DNA of 64,000 nucleotides, taken from positions 1,798,001 through 1,862,000 of the forward strand of contig NC_043025.1 in assembly GCF_006345805.1 (NCBI RefSeq), read 5' to 3'. Shown one piece after another: positions 26,653-40,319 of the stretch. Made by a program: the position numbers and the translations under genes. This DNA is from Octopus sinensis (Eukaryota). The notes beneath the pieces are model-generated. The model was not told the origin of the DNA. It made no database searches and saw only the letters and a list, made by a program, of their open reading frames with translations. Every line of letters begins with the position of its first letter. The stretch's first letter is position 1.

Positions 26653-27668
26653 GAAACGAGGACAACTGATGATGGGGAATATTCTTTATGTTGCATATCT
26701 CGTTTCTCTGTATGTTTTTTCGGTGTTCGAAAAAAAATTATTTTTCTATATTTTTGTTTTTATGTTTTCGTTTTTCATTGTGTTCATTGTGTTTTTTCAT
26801 GTTCTGAACCCATACATGCGTCTATATATACATATATATGTACGCATGTATATGTATGTATGAATATATCCATATATTTATATATTATTTATATTATTAT
26901 ATGATCGAACGCCACGCATTATTTTCCAAGTAAGTTTTATCTTAACGTTTACGATGCGCACTCTTCGATCTCTACTATCCCTTCTATATCTCCCGCCCTC
27001 TCTTATTCTTGATCATTTCTGGTTTTCTCTCGCACCGTTCCCTATTCTTCTTCTCTCCTCTTCAACGTTCCCTCTCTACCACTCTTTCTCCTTGAAACTC
27101 ACGTCGTTAACACGTGAAGAAAAGGAATCTATCTTTCTACTCATTTCTTTCCTAATGACAACACGTGCTTATACCTGTCTCCTCCCATAAGCTCGTATTC
27201 CTAGCGTGTATCATAATTTTCAATCGTCTTGGCTTCACAGCCCTCACCGTTTGTTTTTACAGTCTTGTTCTCATTGTCCTGTTCTTCTTACCATTTTCAT
27301 CTTCCGCAAAAAAAACCCAAAATTTATTTAATTTGCTTTGCGGGAAGGACGATTTCGACGAGGTCACGTATTGTCCTTCCCTTCGAAACGTGGAGTAGAT
27401 GAAAGAGGGACAACTGAAGAAGGGGAATGTCCTTATGTTGCATGTCTCGTTTCTCTCTTTGTTTTTACGTTGTTCGAACAAAGTTCGTTTTCTATGTTTT
27501 TGTTCTTATGTTTTTGCTTCTAATTGTGTTTAACGTTTTTTTGTGTCCTGTACATATATATGAATGTATATATACATATATATGTAGGTATGTACACATA
27601 TGTATGGATCTCTCTCTCTCTCTCTGTCCCTCTCTCTCTATCTCTGTCTGTCTCTCTCTCTCTATTTT

Positions 27669-27702
<34 letters not shown>

Positions 27703-27753
27703 CGTACAGATACGTATGTGTACGCACGACAGCATGTGCATACACACACACAC

Positions 27754-27824
<71 letters not shown>

Positions 27825-27949
27825 CACTTGCACACACGTATCCATACTTCAAAACATTTCCCTTTTATCAACTATTATACAATATTCTTATTAACTATCA
27901 ATTTGTAATAAATCTGGTGGTGTTATATTAGACAATAAGTAACACTTAC

Positions 27950-28133
27950 CAATGAAATCATTCTTGTTACATAAGTGTCCGACACAACAACCAGTACAAG
28001 CCGTGCTATTCGTCCGTTTATTGCATGTAATGTTATTGTTTCTCATAGCTTCAACACATTTTCTGTATGTGCTGCAGGACCTTTCAGTCTTCAGTTTAGC
28101 ACCGTTCACTGATATTGCGAATCGGCATACAGG
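27950..28133 (-). CDS. LU cassette unit 1 (most 3' in the gene), exon B (184 bp, phase 0 to 1)
   Basis: Acceptor tatctattattacag| and donor G|gtaagt. Encodes PVCRFAISVNGAKLKTERSCSTYRKCVEAMRNNNITCNKRTNSTACTGCCVGHLCNKNDFI. Confidence 0.88.
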
Positions 28134-29555
28134 CTGTAATAATAGATATAAAAATTATACACTACAACCAAAATATTTATTAGTACGATTACTGCTCATT
28201 ACATCAAAATATTTCATATGAAAATACGATATATTAGTATAAAATTTGGAGAGAAAACAAGCAAGGTCTTGTTAACTTAATGAGGGACATTCTGAAAACG
28301 GAAAATATCAGAAATGGAGAAGAATATTTAAAGAAAAGAATCCATCACGAAAACGCAATTAATAATCGCAAACACCTAACAATAATAAAAGCAATGAAAA
28401 TGTAGACATTGAAGTTAGAAATAAGATTAGCATTGCCTTAGTTTAGAATTGAAACTCGTTTCTTCTAATCACGGAAAAGTTTTAGAAAGAAAATTGGATC
28501 TCCCAAACTGAGTGAGGATGTCATGAAGAAATAACCAATGATAGTATCGGTAGGCTGGCGTCTTCAAAAGAGCCAATGTAGTCGGTGATTACAAATGAAT
28601 GAATCATTAAATACACTAACTCAGCTTCACAAAAACTGAGATCAGAACAGACAATAAAACAGGAAACAGATGTAAGCCATGCTCTTATGTCACCCTCTAT
28701 TCTCCTATATTCCCGTAGATCAATTAATGTGAAGCATTGATCTGTGACATTACCGGTGTCTTTTATTGTTTCTCTTGTGTTTCTTTCACCAATGTACAAC
28801 TGTGTATTCAGAGATATGCCTGACAATCTTAATTTGTGTTTTAGCTGCGTTTAATCGTATAGCTTTTACCTTTCTCTGAAACAATATGACCCCCACCTAT
28901 TATGTTCTGGAGAGCTTATTGTACTACTTGATGTGAGGGAAGATTTAATCTGTTTCGAATAGTTCATAACATCGTATATCAAACAACCTCTTTTGCTATG
29001 GCCACCAGACGAAAGAAAACTGTCATTTGCTTCTTAACTTATTCAATCCGCTCCCTGTAATGTTTGCGAGCTGGTGGGGCCAGGGCCGACATTCAGTTAC
29101 CCCTCTAAGGTTAGTGACCCGAGGTCATTCGAAAAGGAACCTTGATTCCAAGTTGAATTGTGGCCACATAATTCATGCATCCTACTCTAAGAACAGCCAT
29201 GTTTTGTCGGAGAAATGTTACTCTAAGTTCGTGTGTTCGTTTCTTGAATAGGGATTCCTGGACTGGGTAGAACGTCGTGTCCTTGAACAAGGCACTTCAT
29301 TCCACTTTGTTCCAGTCTAATCGAGGGAAATGTGTCCCAACCTAGTGATGTTCATCTATTTCTCTCTTCAATCGTCACATCCTTCTTGTCCCATTGAGTC
29401 ATGAATAAGAAGACCGATAGGGTGTGTGTATGTCTACGCAGGCACATAAAACAAACTAGCGAAAGCATAGTACAATCTATGTGGACTTAATGGCTTTCGA
29501 GTGACGGCTGTGGATATATTTTAACGGAAGGGAAGAAAGTAATATTCCAGTTTAC

Positions 29556-29647
29556 CTCTGCTTCTGGACAGCTTCTCATATTTGTATCATTACAGATAAT
29601 TCCTGAACATGTTTGACACTGTAAATTCCGTTGATACAACGAGTAGT
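29556..29647 (-). CDS. LU cassette unit 1, exon A (92 bp, phase 1 to 0)
   Basis: Acceptor acttgtattctgtag| and donor GAG|gtaaac. Encodes YSLYQRNLQCQTCSGIICNDTNMRSCPEAE. Confidence 0.86.
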
Positions 29648-30394
29648 CTACAGAATACAAGTAAATATCTGTAGTTATGAACCAAATAATGCAATGCATA
29701 GCAATAACAAGAAATATTTTCTTTATGGTGTAAAAAAAAATGTATACGTGTTAGTATTGAAATCAATACATGTTAGACATATAAAGCAAATTATTAACAA
29801 AGACTATAAACCTATTTTTATGTTCATTTGGAAATGTTTCAATAAAGTCACAAATTCAATTGAGAGAAGCATGAAAGCCACTTGTTGTCCTTTTAGTATT
29901 CTGATGTAACAAACACGTGAAAATCGTTGAACAAGTCAAATAAAAGGATGAAATTTGTAAGTTGCAACCATTGATGCAGTGGAAACTCCCTAATGAAACC
30001 TGAGAATCTCATTTAAGTTATGTTGCAATGTCATATAGAATGTGAAGAAGGCCATAAAATGTGAAGTGAGCAAAACAATATTTGGATAAACAATAAAAAA
30101 TATGATCACTAATATTGTGATTTTTCCAATATACACATATTTATGTATGTATGTAATTATGTATGTATGTATGTATGTATGTATGTATGTATGTATGCAT
30201 GTATGCATGTATTATGTATGTATGTCATTATTTACTGTTATTTCAAGATTTCTTGGCAATAGAGAAAGAGAGAATTTCTATCCTACATCTACGGCTCCTA
30301 CATTGGAATTTCAGCAACATCAGTGTTACCATTTTGGTAAACGTCATGAATTATCATGAATCCAGGTATCTCTTTTCCAATATTTGGATGGCTT

Positions 30395-30595
30395 CCAAGG
30401 CGGCAAGCTGGCAGAAACTTTAGCCGGGTGCAATGCTTAGCAGTATTTCGTCTGTCTTTACGTTCTGAGTTCAAATTCCGCCAAGGTCGACTTTGACTTT
30501 CATCCTTTTGGACTACCAGTAGCGTACTGGGGTCGATTTAATCGACTGGCCCCATTCCCCAAAATTTCGGTCCTTGTGCCTAGATTAGGAAAGAA
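30395..30595 (+). mobile_element. tRNA-derived SINE
   Basis: ggcggcaagctggcagaaac...gttctgagttcaaattccgcc (B-box-like)...gactttcatcc...tactggggtcgatttaatcgact. Paralogues at about 35290, 42720, 51760 and 61480. Confidence 0.75.
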
Positions 30596-30927
30596 TATTT
30601 AGATGGCTTCCAGTCTGCCATATCAGCTTTTTCTGTGCTACAACTTTATATTTATGCTCTCCAACGCCTTTGACTGTTTACCAAAACATTAAATTTCCCT
30701 TAATATAATGGGACATAAAATCGTTATATTTAATAACGTATATATCCATCCATCTACCATCTTCAACGCTCATTATTCCTGAGAGGGTCATGAGGACATC
30801 TGGTACCTCAGGTACCTCCTGCATAGGGTCCTATCAGAGGCAACTGCCAATACACTTACTGATTGAATTCTCAACCATGACCAAATGAGGCTATGGATAT
30901 TTTCTAGCCATCTGTTTTTGGTCTACC

Positions 30928-31718
30928 CTACATGTTTGAAAGAGAATTCCTATCCCTCAGTTAGGTTAATGCATATACCACAGTCAGGTCTTCTGCAAAT
31001 TTTTCCTGCCGGCTTCAGTGTGGTTTCGAATATACTTGAGCTTATGTTAAGAGACATTTAATAGATTTTGGTTGTCTTTTGCCCTTTATGATGGTGTACG
31101 TTTGGAGGATAAACTTCATTCTGTAATCCCTTTTTCGTAGGTGAATGTTCTGCAGGATTGTGTCGAAGGCTTCATTGTTAAGGGGGTTGTATGTGGAGAT
31201 GGATGATAGGATATTGGCTGTAAATCCTTCTTTAACTTGGGATGTCTGAGTTCGTGGATATTGAGTTGTAGGGCACATTGAAAGCCTATATCGATTAGTG
31301 ATTGTGGGTAGTTCCTGGTAAGGAGTGTATCCTTTAGTTCATGTAGCCGTGTGTCCTTGGTGTTTGTATTAGAGACTATAGTACAAATCCCTTTTGCTAG
31401 GTTGAAGGGGATATTCATTCTAGTGTGTCTGGTTTGGCATGAATTAAACAGTAGATATGGCTTCGAGTTCGTAGGCTTATCGTATGTATCTGTTTGTATT
31501 TTGATGATGAAATTCGTAAAGAGGATGTCGAGGAATTGAAGTTGGTGATGGCTATATACCATCGTAAATTGAATGTTTATATCAAGTCCATTTATAAGAG
31601 CTTGAACTCCTTTAAGTCTTTCTATACTTTCATGCCAAAGAATGATAGAAGTTGTCTTAGAAGACAAAGAAGCTATTCTTGAAGAGGATATTTAGCCCTT
31701 CTCTTATGAATTCTTTTT
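30928..31718 (-). mobile_element. PLE RT-thumb fragment carried in tandem unit 2
   Basis: ORF 31116-31667 is homologous to 25876-26427 and is truncated at the duplication junction ggtctacc|ctacatgtttgaaagag. Confidence 0.88.
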
Positions 31719-31719
31719 G

Positions 31720-31758
<39 letters not shown>

Positions 31759-31766
31759 TATAATAT

Positions 31767-31858
<92 letters not shown>

Positions 31859-32097
31859 ATATATATATAAATTATATATAATTAATATGTTCAGTAACAA
31901 ATATTATTTTCGAAATTTTTTCTCTTATGAGGTTTTTACGCTATCTACCTGACAATTTCTTGTTAAGTTTTCCTTAAGTAGTTGTCCTTAATCGCTATAT
32001 ATATATATATATATATATATATACGTGCAAATACGTATGTGTGTGCACGACCGCATGTGCATACACACGCGCACACACATACACATATATATGTGTG

Positions 32098-32157
<60 letters not shown>

Positions 32158-32288
32158 CATTTACACTTGCACACACATATATACACATCAAAACATTTCC
32201 CTTTTATTAACTATTATACAATGTTCTTATTAACTATCAATTTGTAATAAACCTTGTGGTGTTATATTAGACAATAAATAACACTTAC

Positions 32289-32472
32289 CAATGAAATCAT
32301 TCTTGTTACATAAGTGTCCGACGCAACAACCAGTACAAGCCGTGCTATTCGTCCGTTTATTGCATGTAATGTTATTGTTTCTCATTGCTTCAACACATTT
32401 TCTGTATGTGCTGCAGGACCTTTCAGTCTTCAGTTTAGCACCGTTCACTGATATTGCGAATCGGCATACAGG
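32289..32472 (-). CDS. LU cassette unit 2, exon B
   Basis: Same splice sites as unit 1; two synonymous differences from unit 1 exon B. Confidence 0.88.
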
Positions 32473-34442
32473 CTGTAATAATAGATATGAAAATTATACA
32501 CTACAACCAAAATATTTATTAGTACGATTACTGCTAATTACAGCAACAACAACATAAACAAGACTACTGGGGATGTTTAACATGCAAGAAAGCTTAATCA
32601 TTGCTTTAAAATATCCAAAAGCAATAAATGAAACCGTCAAAGAGTTGCGGAATTGTTGAAAGTTAACAGCATAAGTAAACTTCTGTAAACTTTATTGCTA
32701 TTTAGTATTCCAAAATCATGTTTTAAATGCTTTCGGTGTTCAAAGATCTCTGATCACATGTAGATATGGACATCGGATCACGGTCTATAGCAAAATCGCA
32801 TCGCGTTGTTACCCGTCGCCAAACTGAAAATAGGTCAGATTATCCCAATAAAGATGTATGGATTCGCGAATATTTCTTCTTACTGGAGGAATGCGCAAGA
32901 GAAATTTTTCATATAAAATTTACGAAAAATCAGGCGTGCAAACCTCACCAACAAGAGAAACTAATACGCCTTTACCCAAAATGATAATGAAATAAAATTG
33001 TCAGATTGAACTCCTCAGTCCAAGCAAATAAAACAGAAAATACAATAAATGAACACAAGAGAAACTTCGTTTTAATTTGCGAGTATATTTTATCTGACAA
33101 TACGGTATATTAGTATAAAATTTGGAGAGAAAACAAGCAAGGTCCTGTTAACTTAATGAGGGACATTCTGAAAACGGAAAATATCAGAAATGGAGAAGAA
33201 TATTTAAAGAAAAGAATCCATCACGAAAACACAATTAATATTCGCAAACACCTAACAATAATAAAAGCAATGAAAATGTAGACATTGAAGTTAGAAATAA
33301 GATTAGCATTGCCTTAGTTTAGAATTGAAACTCGTTTCTTCTAATCACGGAAAAGTTTTAGAAAGAAAATTGGATCTCCCAAACTGAGTGAGGATGTCAT
33401 GAAGAAATAACCAATGATAGTGTCGGTAGGCTGGCGTCTTCAAAAGAGCCAATGGAGTCGGTGATTGCAAATGAATGAATCATTAAATAAACTAACTCAG
33501 CTTCAGGAAAACAGAACGGTCTGAGATCAGAACAGACAAATAAAACAGGCAACATAATGCAGCCATGCTCTTATTTCACGCTCTATTCTCCTATATTCTC
33601 GTAGATCAATTAATGTGAAGCATTGATCTGTGACATTACCGGTGTCTTTTATTGTTTCTCTTGTGTTTCTTTCACCAATGTACAACTGTGTAATCAGAGA
33701 TATGCCTGGCAATTTTAATTTGTGTCTTAGCTGCGTTTTAAAGGTATAGGTTTTACCTTTCTATGAAACAATATGACCCCCACCTATTATGTTCTGGAGA
33801 GCTTATTGTACTACTTGATGTGAGGGAAGATTTAATCTGTTTCGAACATTTCATAACCTCTTATATCAAAGAACCTCTTTTGCTATGACCACCAGACGAA
33901 GGAAAACTGTTATTTGCTCCTTAACTTATTCAATCCGCTCCCTGTAATGATTGTGAGCTGGTGGGGCCAGGATCGACTTCCAGTTACCCCTCTAAGATTA
34001 GTGACCCGAGGTCATCCGACAAGGAACCTTGATTCCAAGTTGACTTCTGGCCACATATATTCATGCATCCTACTCTAAGGACAGCCATGTTTGTCGCAGA
34101 AAGGTTACTCTCAGTTCGTTTGTTCGTTTCTTGAATAGGGATTCCTGGACAGGGTAGAACGTTGTGTCCTTGAACAAGGCACTTCATTCCACTTTGTTCC
34201 AGTCTAATCGAGGGAAATGTGTCCCAACCTAGTGATGTTCATCTATTTCCCTCTTCAATCGTCACATCCTTCTTGTCCCATTGAGTCATGAATAAGAAGA
34301 CCGATAGGGTGTGTGTATGTCTACGCAGGCACATAAAACAAACTAGCGAAAGCATAGTACAATCTATGTGGACTTAATGGCTTTCGAGTGACGGTTGTGG
34401 ATATATTTTAACGGAAGGGAAGAAAGTAATATTCCAGTTTAC

Positions 34443-34534
34443 CTCTGCTCCTGGACAGCTTGTCACTTCTAAATCAGTACATTTCATTCCTGAACATGTT
34501 TGACACTGTAAATTCCGTTGATATAACGAGTAAT
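34443..34534 (-). CDS. LU cassette unit 2, exon A
   Basis: Splice sites intact. Encodes YSLYQRNLQCQTCSGMKCTDLEVTSCPGAE. Confidence 0.86.
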
Positions 34535-35289
34535 CTACAGAATACAAGTAAATATCTGTATTTATGAACCAAATAATGCAATGCATAGCAATAAGAAGAA
34601 ATATTTTCTTTATGGTGTAAAAAAAAATGTATACGTGTTAGTATTGAAATCAATACATGTTAGACATATAAAGCAAATTATTAACAAAGACTATAAACCT
34701 ATTTTTATGTTCATTTGGAAATGTTTCAATAAAGTCACAAATTCAATTGAGAGAAGCATGAAAGCCACTTGTTGTCCTTTTAGTATTCTGATGTAACAAA
34801 CACGTGAAAATCGTTGAACAAGTCAAATAAAAGAATGAAATTCGAAAGTTGCAAGCATTGTTGCAGTGGGAACTCACTAATAAAACCTGAGAATCTCATT
34901 TAAGTTATGTTGCAATGTCATATAGAATGTGAAGAAAGCCATAAAATGTGAAGTGAGCAAAACAATATTTGGATAAACAATAAAAAATATGATCACTAAT
35001 ATTGTGCTTTTTCCAATATACACATATTTATGTATGTATGTATGTATGTATGTATGTATGTATGTATGTATGTATGTATGTATGTATGTATGCATGTATG
35101 CATGTATTATGTATGTATGTCATTATTTACTGTTATTTCAAGATTTCTTGGCAATAGAGAAAGAGAGAATTTCTATCCTACATCTACGGCTCCTACATTG
35201 GAATTTCAGCAACATCAGTGTTACCATTTTGGTAAACGTCATGAATTATCATGAATACAGGTATCTCTTTTCCAATATTTGGATGGCTT

Positions 35290-35490
35290 CCAAGGCGGCA
35301 AGCTGGCAGAAACTTTAGCCGGGTGCAATGCTTAGCAGTATTTCGTCTGTCTTTACTTTCTGAGTTCAAATTCCGCCAAGGTCGACTTTGACTTTCATCC
35401 TTTTGGACCACCAGTAGCGTACTCGGGTCGATTTAATCGACTGGCCCCATTCCCCAAAATTTCGGTCCTTGTGCCTAGATTAGGAAAGAA
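35290..35490 (+). mobile_element. tRNA-derived SINE (paralogue of the 30395 copy)
   Basis: Near-identical at offset 4895. Confidence 0.75.
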
Positions 35491-35822
35491 TATTTAGATG
35501 GCTTCCAGTCTGCCATATCAGCTTTTTCTCAGCTACAACTTTATATTTATGCTCTCCAACGCCTTTGACTGATTACCAAAACATTAAGTTTCCTTTAATA
35601 TAAAGGGACATAAAATCGTTATATTTAATAACGTATATATCCATCCATCTACCATCTTCAACGCCCATTATTCCTGGGAGCGTCATGAGGATATCTGGTG
35701 CCTCAGGTACCTCCTGCATAGGGTCCTATCAGAGGCAACTGCCAATACACTTACTGATTGAATTCTCAACCATGACCAAATGAGGCTATGGATATTTTCT
35801 AGCCATCTGTTTTTGGTCTACC

Positions 35823-36613
35823 CTACATGTTTGAAAGAGAATTCCTATCCCTCAGTTAGGTTAATGCATATACCACAGTCAGGTCTTCTGCAAATTTTTC
35901 CTGCCGGCTTCAGTGTGGTTTCGAATATACTTGAGCTTATGTTAAGAGACATTTAATAGATTTTGGTTGTCTTTTGCCCTTTATGATGGTGTACGTTTGG
36001 AGGATAAACTTCATTCTGTAATCCCTTTTTCGTAGGTGAATGTTCTGCAGGATTGTGTCGAAGGCTTCATTGTTAAGGGGGTTGTATGTGGAGATGGATG
36101 ATAGGATATTGGCTGTAAATCCTTCTTTAACTTGGGATGTCTGAGTTCGTGGATATTGAGTTGTAGGGCACATTGAAAGCCTATATCGATTAGTGATTGT
36201 GGGTAGTTCCTGGTAAGGAGTGTATACTTTAGTTCATGTAGCCGTGTGTCGTTGGTGTTTGTATTAGAGATTATAGTACAAATCCTTTTTGCTAGGTTGA
36301 AGGGGATATTCATTCTAGTGTGTCTGGGGTGGCATGAATTAAACAGTAGATATGGCTTCGAGTTCGTAGGCTTATCGTATGTATCTGTTTGTATTTTGAT
36401 GATGAAATTCGTAAAGAGGATGTCGAGGAATTGAAGTTGGTGATGGCTATATACCATCGTAAATTGAATGTTTATATCAAGTCCATTTATAAGAGCTTGA
36501 ACTCCTTTAAGTCTTTCTATACTTTCATGCCAAAGAATGATAGAAGTTGTCTTAGAAGACAAAGAAGCTATTCTTGAAGAGGATATTTAGCCCTTCTCTT
36601 ATGAATTCTTTTT
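35823..36613 (-). mobile_element. PLE RT-thumb fragment carried in tandem unit 3
   Basis: ORF 36011-36562; same junction as unit 2. Confidence 0.88.
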
Positions 36614-36614
36614 G

Positions 36615-36653
<39 letters not shown>

Positions 36654-36661
36654 TATAATAT

Positions 36662-36753
<92 letters not shown>

Positions 36754-36992
36754 ATATATATATAAATTATATATAATTAATATGTTCAGTAACAAATATT
36801 ATTTTCGAAATTTTTTCTCTTATGAGGTTTTTACGCTATCTACCTGACAATTTCTTGTTAAGTTTTCCTTAAGTAGTTGTCCTTAATCGCTATATATATA
36901 TATATATATATATATATACGTGCAAATACGTATGTGTGTGCACGACCGCATGTGCATACACACGCGCACACACATACACATATATATGTGTG

Positions 36993-37052
<60 letters not shown>

Positions 37053-37183
37053 CATTTACACTTGCACACACATATATACACATCAAAACATTTCCCTTTT
37101 ATTAACTATTATACAATGTTCTTATTAACTATCAATTTGTAATAAACCTTGTGGTGTTATATTAGACAATAAATAACACTTAC

Positions 37184-37367
37184 CAATGAAATCATTCTTG
37201 TTACATAAGTGTCCGACGCAACAACCAGTACAAGACGTGCTATTCGTCCGTTTATTGCATGTAATGTTATTGTTTCTCATTGCTTCAACACATTTTCTGT
37301 ATGTGCTGCAGGACCTTTCAGTCTTCAGTTTAGCACCGTTCACTGATATTGCGAATCGGCATACTGG
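37184..37367 (-). CDS. LU cassette unit 3, exon B
   Basis: Splice sites intact; NSTSC instead of NSTAC. Confidence 0.88.
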
Positions 37368-39337
37368 CTGTAATAATAGATATGAAAATTATACACTACA
37401 ACCAAAATATTTATTAGTACGATTACTGCTAATTACAGCAACAACAACATAAACAAGACTACTGGGGATGTTTAACATGCAAGAAAGCTTAATCATTGCT
37501 TTAAAATATCCAAAAGCAATAAATGAAACCGTCAAAGAGTTGCGGAATTGTTGAAAGTTAACAGCATAAGTAAACTTCTGTAAACTTTATTGCTATTTAG
37601 TATTCCAAAATCATGTTTTAAATGCTTTCGGTGTTCAAAGATCTCTGATCACATGTAGATATGGACATCGGATCACGGTCTATAGCAAAATCGCATCGCG
37701 TTGTTACCCGTCGCCAAACTGAAAATAGGTCAGATTATCCCAATAAAGATGTATGGATTCGCGAATATTTCTTCTTACTGGAGGAATGCGCAAGAGAAAT
37801 TTTTCATATAAAATTTACGAAAAATCAGGCGTGCAAACCTCACCAACAAGAGAAACTAATACGCCTTTACCCAAAATGATAATGAAATAAAATTGTCAGA
37901 TTGAACTCCTCAGTCCAAGCAAATAAAACAGAAAATACAATAAATGAACACAAGAGAAACTTCGTTTTAATTTGCGAGTATATTTTATCTGACAATACGG
38001 TATATTAGTATAAAATTTGGAGAGAAAACAAGCAAGGTCCTGTTAACTTAATGAGGGACATTCTGAAAACGGAAAATATCAGAAATGGAGAAGAATATTT
38101 AAAGAAAAGAATCCATCACGAAAACACAATTAATAATCGCAAACACCTAACAATAATAAAAGCAATGAAAATGTAGACATTGAAGTTAGAAATAAGATTA
38201 GCATTGCCTTAGTTTAGAATTGAAACTCGTTTCTTCTAATCACGGAAAAGTTTTAGAAAGAAAATTGGATCTCCCAAACTGAGTGAGGATGTCATGAAGA
38301 AATAACCAATGATAGTGTCGGTAGGCTGGCGTCTTCAAAAGAGCCAATGGAGTCGGTGATTGCAAATGAATGAATCATTAAATAAACTAACTCAGCTTCA
38401 GGAAAACAGAACGGTCTGAGATCAGAACAGACAAATAAAACAGGCAACAGAATGCAGCCATGCTCTTATGTCACGCTCTATTCTCCTATATTCTCGTAGA
38501 TCAGTTAATGTGAAGCATTGATCTGTGTCATTACCGGTGTCTTTTATTGTTTCTCTTGTGTTTCTTTCACCAATGTACAACTGTGTATTCAGAGATATGC
38601 CTGGCAATTTTAATTTGTGTCTTAGCTGCGTTTTAAAGGTATAGGTTTTACCTTTCTATGAAACAATATGACCCCCACCTATTATGTTCTGGAGAGCTTA
38701 TTGTACTACTTGATGTGAGGGAAGATTTAATCTGTTTCGAACATTTCATAACCTCGTATATCAAACAACTTCTTTTGCTATGACCACCAGACGAAGGAAA
38801 ACTGTCATTTGCTTCTTAACTTATTCAATCCGCTCCCTGTAATGATTGTGAGCTGGTGGGGCCAGAATCAACTTCCAGTTACCCCTCTAAGATTAGTGAC
38901 CCGAGGTCATCCGACAAGGAACCTTGATTCCAAGTTGACTTCTGGCCACATACATTCATGCATCCTACTCTAAGGACAGCCATGTTTGTCGCAGAAAGGT
39001 TACTCTAAGTTCGTGTGTTCGTTTCTTGAATAGAGATTCCTGGACAGGGTAGAACGTTGTGTCCTTGAACAAGGCACTTCATTCCACTTTGTTTCAGTCT
39101 AATCGAGGGAAATGTGTCCCAACCTAGTGATGTTCATCTATTTCTCTCTTCAATCGTCACATCCTTCTTGGCCCATTGAGTCATGAATAAGAAGATCGAC
39201 AGGGCGTGTGTATGTCTACGCAGGCGCATAAAAAAAACTAGCGAAAGCATAGTACAATCTATGTGGACTTAATGGCTTTCGAGTGACGGTTGTGGATATA
39301 TTTTAACGGAAGGGAAGAAAGTAATATTCCAGTTTAC

Positions 39338-39429
39338 CTCTGCTCCTGGACAGCTTGTCACTTCTAAATCAGTACATTTCATTCCTGAACATGTTTGACA
39401 CTGTAAATTCCGTTGATATAACGAGTAAT
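39338..39429 (-). CDS. LU cassette unit 3, exon A
   Basis: Identical to unit 2 exon A; splice sites intact. Confidence 0.86.
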
Positions 39430-39924
39430 CTACAGAATACAAGTAAATATCTGTATTTATGAACCAAATAATGCAATGCATAGCAATAAGAAGAAATATT
39501 TTCTTTATGGTGTAAAAAAAAATGTATACGTGTTAGTATTGAAATCAATACATGTTAGACATATAAAGCAAATTATTAACAAAGACTATAAACCTATTTT
39601 TATGTTCATTTGGAAATGTTTCAATAAAGTCACAAATTCAATTGAGAGAAGCATGAAAGCCACTTGTTGTCCTTTTAGTATTCTGATGTAACAAACACGT
39701 GAAAATCGTTGAACAAGTCAAATAAAAGAATGAAATTCGAAAGTTGCAAGCATTGTTGCAGTGGGAACTCACTAATAAAACCTGAGAATCTCATTTAAGT
39801 TATGTTGCAATGTCATATAGAATGTGAAGAAGGCCATAAAATGTGAAGTGAGCAAAACAATATTTGGATAAACAATAAAAAATATGATCACTAATATTGT
39901 GCTTTTTCCAATATACACACATTT

Positions 39925-40305
39925 ATGTATGTATGTATGTATGTATGTATGTATGTATGTATGTATGTATGTATGTATGTATGTATATATGTATGTATGT
40001 ATGTGTGTGTGTATGTATGTATATATGTATGTATGTATGGATGGATGGATGTGTGTATATATGTATGTATATATGTATGTATGTATGTATGTATGCATGT
40101 ATGTATGTAAGTATGTATGTATGTATATATGTATGTATGTATGTATGTGTGTGTGTATGTATGTATATATGTATGTATGTATGGATGGATGTGTGTATAT
40201 ATGCTTGTATGTGTGTATATATGTATGTATGTATGTATGTATATATGTATTATGTATGTATGTGTGTATGTATGCATGTATGTATGTATGTATATATGCG
40301 TGCAT
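39925..40305. repeat. Expanded (TATG)n tetranucleotide array
   Basis: Directly visible; paralogous arrays at about 30140, 35028 and 47148. Confidence 0.95.
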
Positions 40306-40319
40306 GTCATTATTCACCG

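Noticed and set aside
27340-27460. Hammerhead-like pieces (cgaaacgt, ctgaaga, gggaaggac/gtccttccc hairpin)
   Set aside because: Core elements are not in a valid order and no intact CUGANGA precedes stem II; at most a decayed PLE terminus.
30395-30595. tRNA-like A/B-box sequence
   Set aside because: Part of a multicopy SINE with no complete cloverleaf; not a tRNA gene.
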